Assembly: GCA_045645645.1 (NCBI GenBank)
Contig: JAZRJE010000016.1
Location: 30,153 to 94,152, forward strand
Reading direction: 5' to 3'
Length of the DNA stretch: 64,000 bases
Source of the DNA: Candidatus Enterousia sp.
GTDB taxonomy: Bacteria; Pseudomonadota; Alphaproteobacteria; Rs-D84
The position numbers and the translations under genes are program-made. Positions 34,784 to 43,394 of this stretch are shown piece by piece (position 1 is the stretch's first letter; the number at the start of each line of letters is the position of its first letter). The notes under the pieces are model-generated. The model had not been told where the DNA came from. It did not search any database and saw nothing but the letters and a program-made list of their open reading frames with translations.

Positions 34784-36811
34784 ATGAAAGTTTATGTTGA
34801 TATACATGATAGGCGATGGAAAAAGTATAAACTTGATTTTGAAAAAATTATATCGGCGTTGAATTTGCCCGAATATAATGAATCAGAAGTCTCGATTGTA
34901 TTGACGGATGATTCTGAAATTCATATGCTTAATCGCGAATATCGTGGTATTGATAAACCAACGAATGTTTTATCTTTTGAGCTGGGTGATGATATCTTGT
35001 TGGGGGATATTTATATATCAATCGATACAGTTGTGAAAGAAGCTAAATTAGCAAAGATATCAGTTGAAGAACACACTGCACATATGGTTGTGCATGGTGT
35101 GTTGCATTTGATGGGGTATGATCATTTGAATGACAGGCAGGCAAAAAAAATGGAAGCAAAAGAAATAAAAATATTGGATAAATTAGGAATAAAAAATCCA
35201 TATGAATCAGATGATGAGTTTGTTTGTTCTGACGCATCGTGTTGTCCAGGGGCCGGACTGTTTGCGTTTTTGAATAGACTGAAAATTCGTGAGGATGGAT
35301 TTTGGCAATATGCGCTGTACGCAGTATTTGGTGGGCTGGCTGCATTTGGGTTTGCTCCATTTAATATGTGGTGGTTAACAATTTTGTGTTTTATGGGGGC
35401 TTATTGGTTGACTGTTCGCGGAGCTAAAAAACTTGGTTTTTGGAGTGCTTTTTTACGTGTCCTACCTTTTGGCGCAATGTATGGTATTTCTATGTTTTGG
35501 TGGGTGCTTAATTCAATATATGTTGCGCCAGAATTAACAACACAGTATGCTTTTTGGACCGTTCCTGGATTGATTGGGTTGGGGGTTGCTGGTGCCTTTA
35601 TTTTTGGGATTCCTTTTGCTTTTTTGCGTTATGTTCGTATGTGTTCGGCTGCGCGTCCATTCTTTTTTGCGGGGATCTGGACATTCGTTTTGTGGTTGCG
35701 TGAATGGGTGTTTACAGGATTTCCATGGAATCCAATTGCAAATATTTCAATGCCATTCCCAATGCTGGTTAATTCAATGTCTTTGTGGGGGGCATTGGGA
35801 TTATCTTTTATAATTATTGGTTTTGTTGGAGCTGCTGTAGAAGTTTTGCGTAAATATCGCAGTCGTTCTACATTTGGAACGTTGCTTGTTTTTATTGTTT
35901 TGTTAGTGGTCGGTTTATTTGCAGGTTACGAAAATATGCAAAGATCAGATAGTGGGGCAAATATGAAGCCGCAAATGATTCGCGTTGTTCAGCCTGCATC
36001 TTCCCAGGAACAAAAGGCGACACATAACCGTGAACAGGCAATGAAAAATGCTGAAAAAAATTTACGTGATTTATTGTTCTTGGGGGTTGGAGATGCACGT
36101 GCGGATTTAGTAGTATATCCAGAAACATCATACCCATTTGTAATTGTTGAGGGTGATCAAATGCCATTAGCAACAGCTTTGGGAACAAATGTTGTTATTG
36201 GAGCCTCTACGTATAATCCTGCAGTTGGTGTTCAAAATTCTTTAGTTGTTGCAGATAAAAATGGCCAGATTTTAAGCGTATACAGCAAATCTCATCTGGT
36301 GCCTTTTGGTGAATATAGACCATTAGGATTTTTGCCAGGCCCAGTAAATTTAGTGCCAGGAGATGGACCAGAAATGGTTAGTTTAAATGTGTCTGGACGG
36401 GATTTTGTTTTTGTGCCAGCAATTTGTTATGAAATTATTTTTTCTGATTCTTTGGTACCATGTGCGGCAGGGTTGTCGGTGGATGCAATTATAAATATTA
36501 CAAATGATAACTGGTTTGGACGGACACCAGGCACATATCAGCATTTGGATATGGTTCGCAGATATGCAATAGAATCGGGGTTGCCGATTGTACGTGCAAA
36601 TTATTCAGGAATAAGTGCGTTCGTTGCGGCAGATGGTTCGATAATTGATAGCTTGCCCATTGGTGCGTCTGGGCATATTGATGGTTTTGTGTGGGGGGCA
36701 CATATGACACCATATCGTATGATTGGTATGAACTGGTGGATTATAATGATCTTAGCATTTGCAGGATTGTCTGCATTGGTCATGAATACGATTGATAAAA
36801 AAGAGAGATGA
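34784..36811 (+). CDS. In-frame fusion: rRNA maturation endoribonuclease YbeY (aa 1 to ~150) plus apolipoprotein N-acyltransferase Lnt (aa ~165-675)
   Basis: YbeY: IHMLNREYRGIDKPTNVLSF and the zinc motif HGVLHLMGYDH, ending ..LDKLGIKNPYE. With no stop or ATG it then continues into Lnt: multi-TM N-terminus, CN-hydrolase domain (DLVVYPETSYPF; SKSHLVPFGEY; VPAICYE), and a final TM. Confidence 0.8.
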   Translation: MKVYVDIHDRRWKKYKLDFEKIISALNLPEYNESEVSIVLTDDSEIHMLNREYRGIDKPTNVLSFELGDDILLGDIYISIDTVVKEAKLAKISVEEHTAHMVVHGVLHLMGYDHLNDRQAKKMEAKEIKILDKLGIKNPYESDDEFVCSDASCCPGAGLFAFLNRLKIREDGFWQYALYAVFGGLAAFGFAPFNMWWLTILCFMGAYWLTVRGAKKLGFWSAFLRVLPFGAMYGISMFWWVLNSIYVAPELTTQYAFWTVPGLIGLGVAGAFIFGIPFAFLRYVRMCSAARPFFFAGIWTFVLWLREWVFTGFPWNPIANISMPFPMLVNSMSLWGALGLSFIIIGFVGAAVEVLRKYRSRSTFGTLLVFIVLLVVGLFAGYENMQRSDSGANMKPQMIRVVQPASSQEQKATHNREQAMKNAEKNLRDLLFLGVGDARADLVVYPETSYPFVIVEGDQMPLATALGTNVVIGASTYNPAVGVQNSLVVADKNGQILSVYSKSHLVPFGEYRPLGFLPGPVNLVPGDGPEMVSLNVSGRDFVFVPAICYEIIFSDSLVPCAAGLSVDAIINITNDNWFGRTPGTYQHLDMVRRYAIESGLPIVRANYSGISAFVAADGSIIDSLPIGASGHIDGFVWGAHMTPYRMIGMNWWIIMILAFAGLSALVMNTIDKKER

Positions 36812-36816
36812 TAAAA

Positions 36817-37023
36817 TTAGTGTCGCATAACCTGATTTAAAATCCATACGCGAATCGCAGATGATAGATTTTGGTCAGGTTTGCGTGTGTTATCTATTTC
36901 GCATATAATTGATGCAACTGACATATTGCGACCATCTGCGATGCGTTTTAATATTTCCAGAAATTCTGGTTCTAAGGTAATGCTGGTTTGGTGACCTGAT
37001 AAAGATACAGATATTTTTTTCAT
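36817..37023 (-). CDS. Ribbon-helix-helix protein (RHH_4/PF13467-like)
   Basis: KKISVSLSGHQTSITLEPEFLEILKRIADGRNMSVASIICEIDNTRKP.QNLSSAIRVWIL matches the pattern S.rl.GH.TSisLE..FW..L..iA...g.S...Li..ID......NLSSAlRvfvL. ATG 37023 lies 5 nt after the upstream stop; alternative ATG at 37053. Confidence 0.6.
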   Translation of the reverse strand: MKKISVSLSGHQTSITLEPEFLEILKRIADGRNMSVASIICEIDNTRKPDQNLSSAIRVWILNQVMRH

Positions 37024-37028
37024 GTGAT

Positions 37029-37463
37029 TTAATATTTCCCTGCTATTAAGCAATCAGTCATTGCCCGATATGGGTTGTCATATTTTCGCAGTATGCGCAG
37101 TGATAAATTGTCCAGCATATAACATGTCCCAAATGCATCAAATGCAAACCAAAACAGGTCGTTGCGACCAAATACCGTTTTACCAACTGTTCCAGGCAGG
37201 CCAGATATATCACGATTTATTTCCAATATACTGGGAACTGGGTTTCGTGGCCCGTTTTCAATTTCTTTTGGTCCAAATATATATCCAGAATCCAGTGATA
37301 TCCCGCCACAGTTTGTATAAAAATCCGTCATGAATGCAGGTAATATTGCTGCACGTAGATGTTGAAGATTGGAATTTGTTTGTCTTATTTCTGAATCAGT
37401 TGCACGTGGTGCAATTTTTGCACCGCGTGCAGATATAGCTGATAAAAATTCTTTGCTATTCAT
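37029..37463 (-). CDS. SUKH-1 / SMI1-KNR4 family-like protein (immunity-protein fold)
   Basis: SEIRQTNSNLQHLRAAILPAFMTDFYTNCGGISL..GYIFGP and C-terminal FWFAFDAFGTCYMLD match the SUKH hallmark (ie.aE..lg..LP..y..fl...NGg......l; f.fa.dg.Gn.y.lD). Confidence 0.55.
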   Translation of the reverse strand: MNSKEFLSAISARGAKIAPRATDSEIRQTNSNLQHLRAAILPAFMTDFYTNCGGISLDSGYIFGPKEIENGPRNPVPSILEINRDISGLPGTVGKTVFGRNDLFWFAFDAFGTCYMLDNLSLRILRKYDNPYRAMTDCLIAGKY

Positions 37464-37477
37464 CTTTTTTTGCTTTT

Positions 37478-37978
37478 TTATTCCCGCCCATCTGCCAGTT
37501 GTGCTGCCATTTGGGCCAGTCGGTCTTCGGTTGCGTTGCCACCGTCACCACCACCAGCGGTGTGTGCAGGCAGATATATCTTTTTTGCTGGGCTTGGTAA
37601 CCAAATTGTTTCTGCGTCGTTTTGCATAATTATAAATTGATCTAATTTTTGGCTGTATGGAAACGTCCAGCACATAAACATATTGTCCACTTCAAGTTTC
37701 CCGCCCCATGTTAGAGGAACACGAAGTCGGAATGATATGTTATTTGGTATATTGTGGCCCATAAGAAGGGCCATAAACTCATCTTGGCTAAGGTTCATGA
37801 ATGCCAGTTCTTGTACCGAATCAGTCAGATATGATGTAAATGTATGACACAGTTGTTTATATTGTTTGAACCAATCTGGTGATAGGCTGGTTGGGGTGGG
37901 GTGAATTTCAATTACTGGCATGTCACTCATCCCCATGTCAGACAGTATCTTTTCTGCCATTGATTGGTTTAGTTGCAT
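37478..37978 (-). CDS. Hypothetical protein with degenerate colicin-type HNH-like core (tentative) and Gly-rich acidic tail
   Basis: 166 aa. SD AGGGAA lies 7 nt upstream of the ATG. Its start overlaps the upstream stop (TAATG). SFRLRVPLTWGGKLEVDNMFMCWTFP resembles HH..P[IL]S..GG.....DN[IM]....P, with the His positions replaced. Confidence 0.5.
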   Translation of the reverse strand: MQLNQSMAEKILSDMGMSDMPVIEIHPTPTSLSPDWFKQYKQLCHTFTSYLTDSVQELAFMNLSQDEFMALLMGHNIPNNISFRLRVPLTWGGKLEVDNMFMCWTFPYSQKLDQFIIMQNDAETIWLPSPAKKIYLPAHTAGGGDGGNATEDRLAQMAAQLADGRE

Positions 37979-38880
37979 TACAGTTTCCCTATGTAGTCAA
38001 TGACGGTTGATATGTATTCTGAATATGCATCAAAATTACCATCGTCATCCGCTGTTAATGGCGGATTTGTGTGTTCCTTCATATAATCACGTACAGATTG
38101 CAGTGTGTCAAATATTAATATGTCTGATGTGTGCGAATCTGCGACGTCTGTTGCATGCAGGATAAATGGTATAACGTGTATTTCAACGTCATCTAGTGTG
38201 TCAGAAAATATTTGGGTTAATTTGCTTACACAAGAATGCATTTGCTGGGTTGAAATGCCCGTCGCCCCAAGGTATAAAATCTCGTCAGTGCCGATTGCTA
38301 GTACTGACATTTGGATTCCATTGATGCGCGGTTCTTTCTTTATAATGTAGTGGGCAAGAGAAAATATTTCGCGCAACTTTTCGTTATCTTGGGTATGTAA
38401 TGTTTGTTGTGCAGGTTGCGTTGTTTGTGTGTATGATGCGTTTACAACTGCTGTGTTTTGTGCGGGCGCAAATGTATTTGATGGCGCAATATTTAAACGT
38501 GGTGGACGTATAAGCGTGGGTGTTTCTATCTTTGGTTGTTCAAAGGCAGGTGTTTGTATCGGTTGTGAAACTTGCTGTTGGGATACAGGTGTCGGCGGTG
38601 TTGATTTCGTAATGTTTTTTTTAGATGGTCTAATCTTACGAAAACGAGGACGTATCAGTAAGTACAGACCAAATAGCGTTATAATTGTTGCGGCAACAAA
38701 TGAAAAATAAAACCAAAAACTGATTGGGGTACGTGTTGCCTGTTGCATGGCAAGATATTCCCAATGTGTACTTGAAAACAGGTTAAATCCGAATCGGGTG
38801 TTAAACCAAAAGCAGGTTCCTAATGTTGCACCAAGCAACCAAAGTACGCCAAGTAATATATTTTCAATCTTTCTGTTCAT
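37978..38880 (-). CDS. Hypothetical membrane protein (2 TM, Q/P/T-rich linker, unknown C-terminal domain)
   Basis: ATG 38880 (MNRKIENILLGVLWLLGATLGTCFWF...) is preferred over the track start 39012. Second TM at FWFYFSFVAATIITLFGLYLLI. Low-complexity segment TPPTPVSQQQVSQPIQTPAFEQPKIETPTLIRPP. C-terminal ~130 aa are globular. Confidence 0.55.
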   Translation of the reverse strand: MNRKIENILLGVLWLLGATLGTCFWFNTRFGFNLFSSTHWEYLAMQQATRTPISFWFYFSFVAATIITLFGLYLLIRPRFRKIRPSKKNITKSTPPTPVSQQQVSQPIQTPAFEQPKIETPTLIRPPRLNIAPSNTFAPAQNTAVVNASYTQTTQPAQQTLHTQDNEKLREIFSLAHYIIKKEPRINGIQMSVLAIGTDEILYLGATGISTQQMHSCVSKLTQIFSDTLDDVEIHVIPFILHATDVADSHTSDILIFDTLQSVRDYMKEHTNPPLTADDDGNFDAYSEYISTVIDYIGKL

Positions 38881-38890
38881 TATGATTTTT

Positions 38891-38913
38891 ATTGTATCAT
38901 ATTTATGATAAAC
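38891..38913. promoter_or_regulatory. Back-to-back divergent extended -10 elements (TGATACAAT on the minus strand, TGATAAACT on the plus strand)
   Basis: Minus strand: TGATACAAT (38899..38891), 10 nt from ATG 38880. Plus strand: TGATAAACT (38905..38913), 11 nt from ATG 38925. Neither gene has an SD. Confidence 0.4.
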
Positions 38914-38924
38914 TAAAAAGTGTA

Positions 38925-39599
38925 ATGATAGATTTAAATTCTTTTTTTTCTGATATTGATGGGCATGCTGGTGTATGGTGTGGTGTAGATACAAAAGGTG
39001 CAGATTTAGCACGGATGGTTGAATTTATAACAGAACAAAAAATTCACGATTTATCTGTGTTGCCAGAAGTTGTCCCTGTTGTTTGGCCATGGTTGGAAAA
39101 AATTGATGTTAATATCTTGGGACGTTTTTATTTGGGTGATGATACCATTAATACAGATGTGATTTCTGATTTGACTGTGCAGATAAATAAGTCTTTTAAG
39201 CATGGTGCAAATGGTGCAATGGTTTTTGTGCGGTATAAAAATCTGCATGATATGGTGGCACAGGTAGCGTTCGTACGTGATGATTTGTTCTTTAATCGCG
39301 AGTTAATTATTGGTGTCGATATTGGGGATATCGATTCGAATCAATGGGGTGATTTGTTCGAAAACCTAAGGCGGATAAATGCATCGGCGGTAATGTTTGC
39401 ATTGACAAAGGATATGGGTAAAAAATCGGACTTTGTGGGGCGGGTGTATGGGATGCTGAACGCGTGGGATGCTGAATTTAACGGGACATTGCATTTTGCG
39501 TTGGGCAACAGCGCAGAACGAATCGACCAGGCGCAAAGATTGGTTGCATCAATGCGGCCCGATTTGATGTCTGGATTGCGAATTTGGGTAAATTATTAA
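38925..39599 (+). CDS. Hypothetical protein (possible aldolase-type TIM-barrel layout, very tentative)
   Basis: 224 aa from ATG 38925. IDGHAGVWCGVDTKGADLARMVEFITEQKIHDLSVLPEVVPVVWPWL..IDVNILGRFYLG loosely resembles the DeoC-family N-terminal beta/alpha pattern. No confident family assignment. Confidence 0.4.
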   Translation: MIDLNSFFSDIDGHAGVWCGVDTKGADLARMVEFITEQKIHDLSVLPEVVPVVWPWLEKIDVNILGRFYLGDDTINTDVISDLTVQINKSFKHGANGAMVFVRYKNLHDMVAQVAFVRDDLFFNRELIIGVDIGDIDSNQWGDLFENLRRINASAVMFALTKDMGKKSDFVGRVYGMLNAWDAEFNGTLHFALGNSAERIDQAQRLVASMRPDLMSGLRIWVNY

Positions 39600-40219
39600 G
39601 CGTTTTTTAAGATTAAATATTTTGGGGCATCTGTGCCGGCCTTGTTTTTATGCTGATAACGCGTTTGAATAATTTCCATGTCTGGAATTGTTGCAACCAG
39701 GGATGTTGATTTTATTTGTTCCAATATCCAATCAAAATATTCCCAATGATCTGTGCCGATTATTATTTCGCCATTTGTGGATAAAAACTTTGATAATAAA
39801 TTTAAGAATTCAGCGGACAGTAATCGGCGTTTTTCATGTCTGGCCTTGGGCCAGGGGTCGGGGTGTAAGACCCAGATTTGTTCGAATTTTGAATCTGTTT
39901 CGCGCAAAAAATCCCGCACATCATCAGGCCAAATGCGAATACCAGAATATTCATCCAAAATCCGATTCGATTTTTCATCGGTTATTGCGGACAGCAAAGA
40001 TGCAACACCGTTCATAAATGGTTCGGCGCCGATTATGATTTTATCCGGGTTATTGCGTGCCAGGTCGCGCACATGTTCGCCCGCACCAAAGCCAATTTCA
40101 AGTATGTCGCCCGTTGTTGGTTTTATGGTTGGTAAAACCGTGTCAATCAGTGTTGATTGACGGGTGGATAATTTTTTGCCGTGACGGCGTCCAAATGTTC
40201 TTATTTCTTGTGTTTCCAT
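39596..40219 (-). CDS. trmB: tRNA (guanine46-N7)-methyltransferase TrmB
   Basis: FGRRHGKKLSTRQ, LEIGFGAGEH (SAM motif), IIGAEPF.NGVA, VLHPDPWPKARHEKRRL. ATG 40219; an upstream GTG at 40252 is possible. Confidence 0.85.
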   Translation of the reverse strand: METQEIRTFGRRHGKKLSTRQSTLIDTVLPTIKPTTGDILEIGFGAGEHVRDLARNNPDKIIIGAEPFMNGVASLLSAITDEKSNRILDEYSGIRIWPDDVRDFLRETDSKFEQIWVLHPDPWPKARHEKRRLLSAEFLNLLSKFLSTNGEIIIGTDHWEYFDWILEQIKSTSLVATIPDMEIIQTRYQHKNKAGTDAPKYLILKNA

Positions 40220-40267
40220 AGTTTTAGTATAGAATTGAGTTTTGTAAAACACAAGGAATATATAGAT

Positions 40268-40981
40268 ATGGCCGAGTATCCAGAAGTTATTAGTCTAATA
40301 GACAGTGGTTGGAATGATACAGAACCCGTTTACTGTGTTCGTGGTGATTTTAGTGGGGGAATGTATAAGCCAATAGGGGCTAATCAGATGATTGCCAACG
40401 AATTGTATGGTGCCATAAATGCGAACCGTGATTTTTTTAGACCGTGGTTGCCATGGGTTGATTCTGTGAAAAGTCCGGCAGATGAAATGCCAATTGTGGA
40501 ATCATTGGCCGACAGAACGACATGTAAATATTATCTGCGACTGAACGGGTGGTTGACGGGCGTGGTTGGCGTTGTTCGTGAAGATAAAAATACCGGGACG
40601 ATGGAAATAGGATATTGGCATGATCCACGATATAATGGTCATGGGGTTATGACGTGGGCCGTGGGCAAGGCTGAAATGTTATGTTTTTTGTATGGTGATG
40701 CGAAAAAAGTGGAAATTCGTTGTGCCACAGAAAATAAGCGCTCGCGTCGGATTCCAGAACGTTTGGGGTACAGACAAGAATGTATTTTACCGGCGGCGGA
40801 AAAAATGCCGTCGGGTGTGGTTCATGATATTGTTGTGTATTCTAAAACATTGTCCGAATGGCTAGAGAGACCAACGGGATTACAAAATGTGGTTTGGATT
40901 TGGCCCCCGAAAAGTTATCTTTATCAATGGGAAAAGTATCACAAATTGAAATCAGAATGGGAAAAAGGGAAACAAAAATGA
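40268..40981 (+). CDS. GNAT family N-acetyltransferase (RimJ/RimL-like) with ~40-aa C-terminal extension
   Basis: IGYWHDPRYNGHGVMTWAVGKAEMLCF...VEIRCATENKRSRRIPERLGYRQE. Its TGA overlaps the gltX ATG (ATGA at 40978). Confidence 0.7.
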   Translation: MAEYPEVISLIDSGWNDTEPVYCVRGDFSGGMYKPIGANQMIANELYGAINANRDFFRPWLPWVDSVKSPADEMPIVESLADRTTCKYYLRLNGWLTGVVGVVREDKNTGTMEIGYWHDPRYNGHGVMTWAVGKAEMLCFLYGDAKKVEIRCATENKRSRRIPERLGYRQECILPAAEKMPSGVVHDIVVYSKTLSEWLERPTGLQNVVWIWPPKSYLYQWEKYHKLKSEWEKGKQK

Positions 40982-42555
40982 GAACGGGTTTATCAAAAGA
41001 CTTAATCGCACGTGTATTGGGTGCGGCACCAAAATATACACTGGATGAATTAGAAGAAAAATTTCCGGCGCGCAATTTGCCAGATGGTGCAATGGTGACA
41101 CGTTTTGCCCCCAGTCCAACAGGTTATATGCATATTGGTGGATTGTATGGTGCGTTGATAGACTGTAAATTGGCCCAGCAATCTGGCGGTGTCTTTATGC
41201 TGCGAATCGAAGATACGGATACTAAGCGTGAGGTTGCAGATGCTGTTAATATCATAAATGCGTCTATGGACCGATTCGGTTTAAAATATAATAATGTTGA
41301 AAGTTATGGCCCTTATTATCAATCACAGCGCAAAGATATTTATCATTCTGTTGTTGCGCATTTGTTGGAAAATGGTATGGCTTATCCATGTTTTTTAAGT
41401 GCAGAAGATATGGAACAAATACGCGAAAATCAAAAGGCAGCTGGCTTTGCAACTGGGATTTATGGCGAATTTGCGCGCGATCGTGATTTAAGCGAAGATG
41501 AAATTCTTGCGCGTTTGGATAATGGTGAAATCCCGTCTATACGCCTGTATTCAACTGGTAATCCAGAACAGCGTGTGTTTTGCAAAGATGCGGTTCGTGG
41601 CTCAATCGGATTCCCAGAAAATAACGAAGATATTGTTTTAATCAAATCAAATGATGGATTACCAACATATCATTTTGCACACTTGTGTGATGACCACTTT
41701 ATGCGTACAACGCACGTTATTCGTGGTGAAGAATGGTTGCCATCATTGCCATTGCATGTGCAATTGTTCCGTATGATGGGGTGGAATGCGCCATTGTATA
41801 TTCATACATCAACTATCGATAAAATTGATGAGGAGACGGGTAAGCAACGTAAACTGTCCAAACGCAAAGATCCAGAAGCAAATGTTGCGTTTTTCCTGGA
41901 AGCGGGCTGGCCAGTTGAAGCAGTGATTGAATATTTGGGTAATATTGCAGCATCGGGCTATGAAGAAGCTAAAATGAAGGGGCAGGTTAAATCATTCTGG
42001 GATTATGAAATGCGTGCCAAAAAGATTCCTATGTCGGGGGCATTGTTTGATATGAAAAAACTGGAATGGTGGGCCAAGGAATTTATTGGGGCGCTGTCGG
42101 TGTCAGAATTGGTTGCGCGTGTAGTCGCTTGGGCAAAAGAATATGGTTCGGACGTTAACAAAATGCAGGTTGCAGACGAATCGTATCTGACCGCTGTTTT
42201 GGGTATTGAGCGTGATAATCCAAAGCGTGTACGTAAAGACTTTATCACTTGGTCCCAGACGTTGGAAAATGTTGCATTTTTCTGGGACGAATTGTTTGTT
42301 CCAAATACTGAATATGAATTTAATAATGGTGTATTAAAAGCATTTTTAGAAACGTATAACGAATCGGACGACAAGGATTCTTGGTGGGCAAAAATTGTTG
42401 CTGTTGCCGAATCGTTGGGTGTTAAAAACGGCGATGTTGCAATGAATCTGCGTGTGGCATTGTCGGGTCGCACAAATACGCCAGACCTGTATTCAATTAT
42501 GTCGGTTATGGGCGGGGAACGTGTAATCAAACGAATCGAAGGAGCGATCAAATGA
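40978..42555 (+). CDS. gltX: Glutamate--tRNA ligase
   Basis: VTRFAPSPTGYMHIGG (HIGH), RIEDTD, PTYHFAHLCDDHFMRTTHVIRGEEW, KLSKRK (KMSKS). ATG 40978 is chosen because homologues begin shortly before the HIGH motif. Confidence 0.9.
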   Translation: MRTGLSKDLIARVLGAAPKYTLDELEEKFPARNLPDGAMVTRFAPSPTGYMHIGGLYGALIDCKLAQQSGGVFMLRIEDTDTKREVADAVNIINASMDRFGLKYNNVESYGPYYQSQRKDIYHSVVAHLLENGMAYPCFLSAEDMEQIRENQKAAGFATGIYGEFARDRDLSEDEILARLDNGEIPSIRLYSTGNPEQRVFCKDAVRGSIGFPENNEDIVLIKSNDGLPTYHFAHLCDDHFMRTTHVIRGEEWLPSLPLHVQLFRMMGWNAPLYIHTSTIDKIDEETGKQRKLSKRKDPEANVAFFLEAGWPVEAVIEYLGNIAASGYEEAKMKGQVKSFWDYEMRAKKIPMSGALFDMKKLEWWAKEFIGALSVSELVARVVAWAKEYGSDVNKMQVADESYLTAVLGIERDNPKRVRKDFITWSQTLENVAFFWDELFVPNTEYEFNNGVLKAFLETYNESDDKDSWWAKIVAVAESLGVKNGDVAMNLRVALSGRTNTPDLYSIMSVMGGERVIKRIEGAIK

Positions 42556-43289
42556 CACAATCAAAACGGGCGCGAATCAAAGCGGTAAAAAAAGATGCAC
42601 ATGCATCAAAATTATTAAAGGTTTTACGTGCAACTGGATTGTTCCGCTGGGAAAAACCATCGACACACGCTGAAGAGGTTGTGAATATTTTAACGCATGG
42701 AATTGGAATCGGTTTGGCAATTGCGGCATTGACTTTGTTGGTTGTTTTTGCTGGTTTAAAAGGTGATGCGTGGGCAATTGTATCATGTGCGATTTTTGGT
42801 GTGACGATGATAACCCTGTATTTCGGGTCAACAATGTGTCATGCGATGATTGGTAAAAAGCATGAGTGCTTTTTTGAGGTTTGGGACAGCGTTGCAATTT
42901 ATGCTTTGATTGCGGGGACATATACGCCGTTTTTGTTGGTTAATTTGCGTGGATTTCTGGGGTGGGTTGTGTTTGCAATCCTGTGGGGAATTGTGTTGTT
43001 TGGATCGTATATGAAGATTAAAAATCCACGTCAGCAACCAAAATGGATGGTTGGATTATATGTGGCGATGGGTTGGACATTGGTATTTATTTTGCCAGCA
43101 ATGATTCGCACTATCCCAGCCCGTGGTATGTGGTTTATTTTGGCTGGTGGATTAGCATACACGATTGGTGTGATATTCTATCTGTGGCGTCGTATGAAGT
43201 TTTCACATGCGGTTTGGCATCTGTTTGTAATTGGGGGCAGTGTGTGCTTCTTTTTTGCAGTGCTGTTCGGGTGTATATTGGATTTGTAA
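42552..43289 (+). CDS. Hemolysin III / PAQR family channel protein
   Basis: 7-TM protein with NILTHGIG, STMCHA, and SHAVWHLFVIGGS motifs. Its ATG overlaps the gltX stop (ATGA). Confidence 0.85.
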   Translation: MTQSKRARIKAVKKDAHASKLLKVLRATGLFRWEKPSTHAEEVVNILTHGIGIGLAIAALTLLVVFAGLKGDAWAIVSCAIFGVTMITLYFGSTMCHAMIGKKHECFFEVWDSVAIYALIAGTYTPFLLVNLRGFLGWVVFAILWGIVLFGSYMKIKNPRQQPKWMVGLYVAMGWTLVFILPAMIRTIPARGMWFILAGGLAYTIGVIFYLWRRMKFSHAVWHLFVIGGSVCFFFAVLFGCILDL

Positions 43290-43394
43290 AAAGAATTTGC
43301 GAGGCGAGGGAGGGTGAGCGACCGTGGCAATCCAGTAAATATAATCAAATTATAAATCTTGATTTCGCCGAAAAATAGGCGTATGGTAATCATC

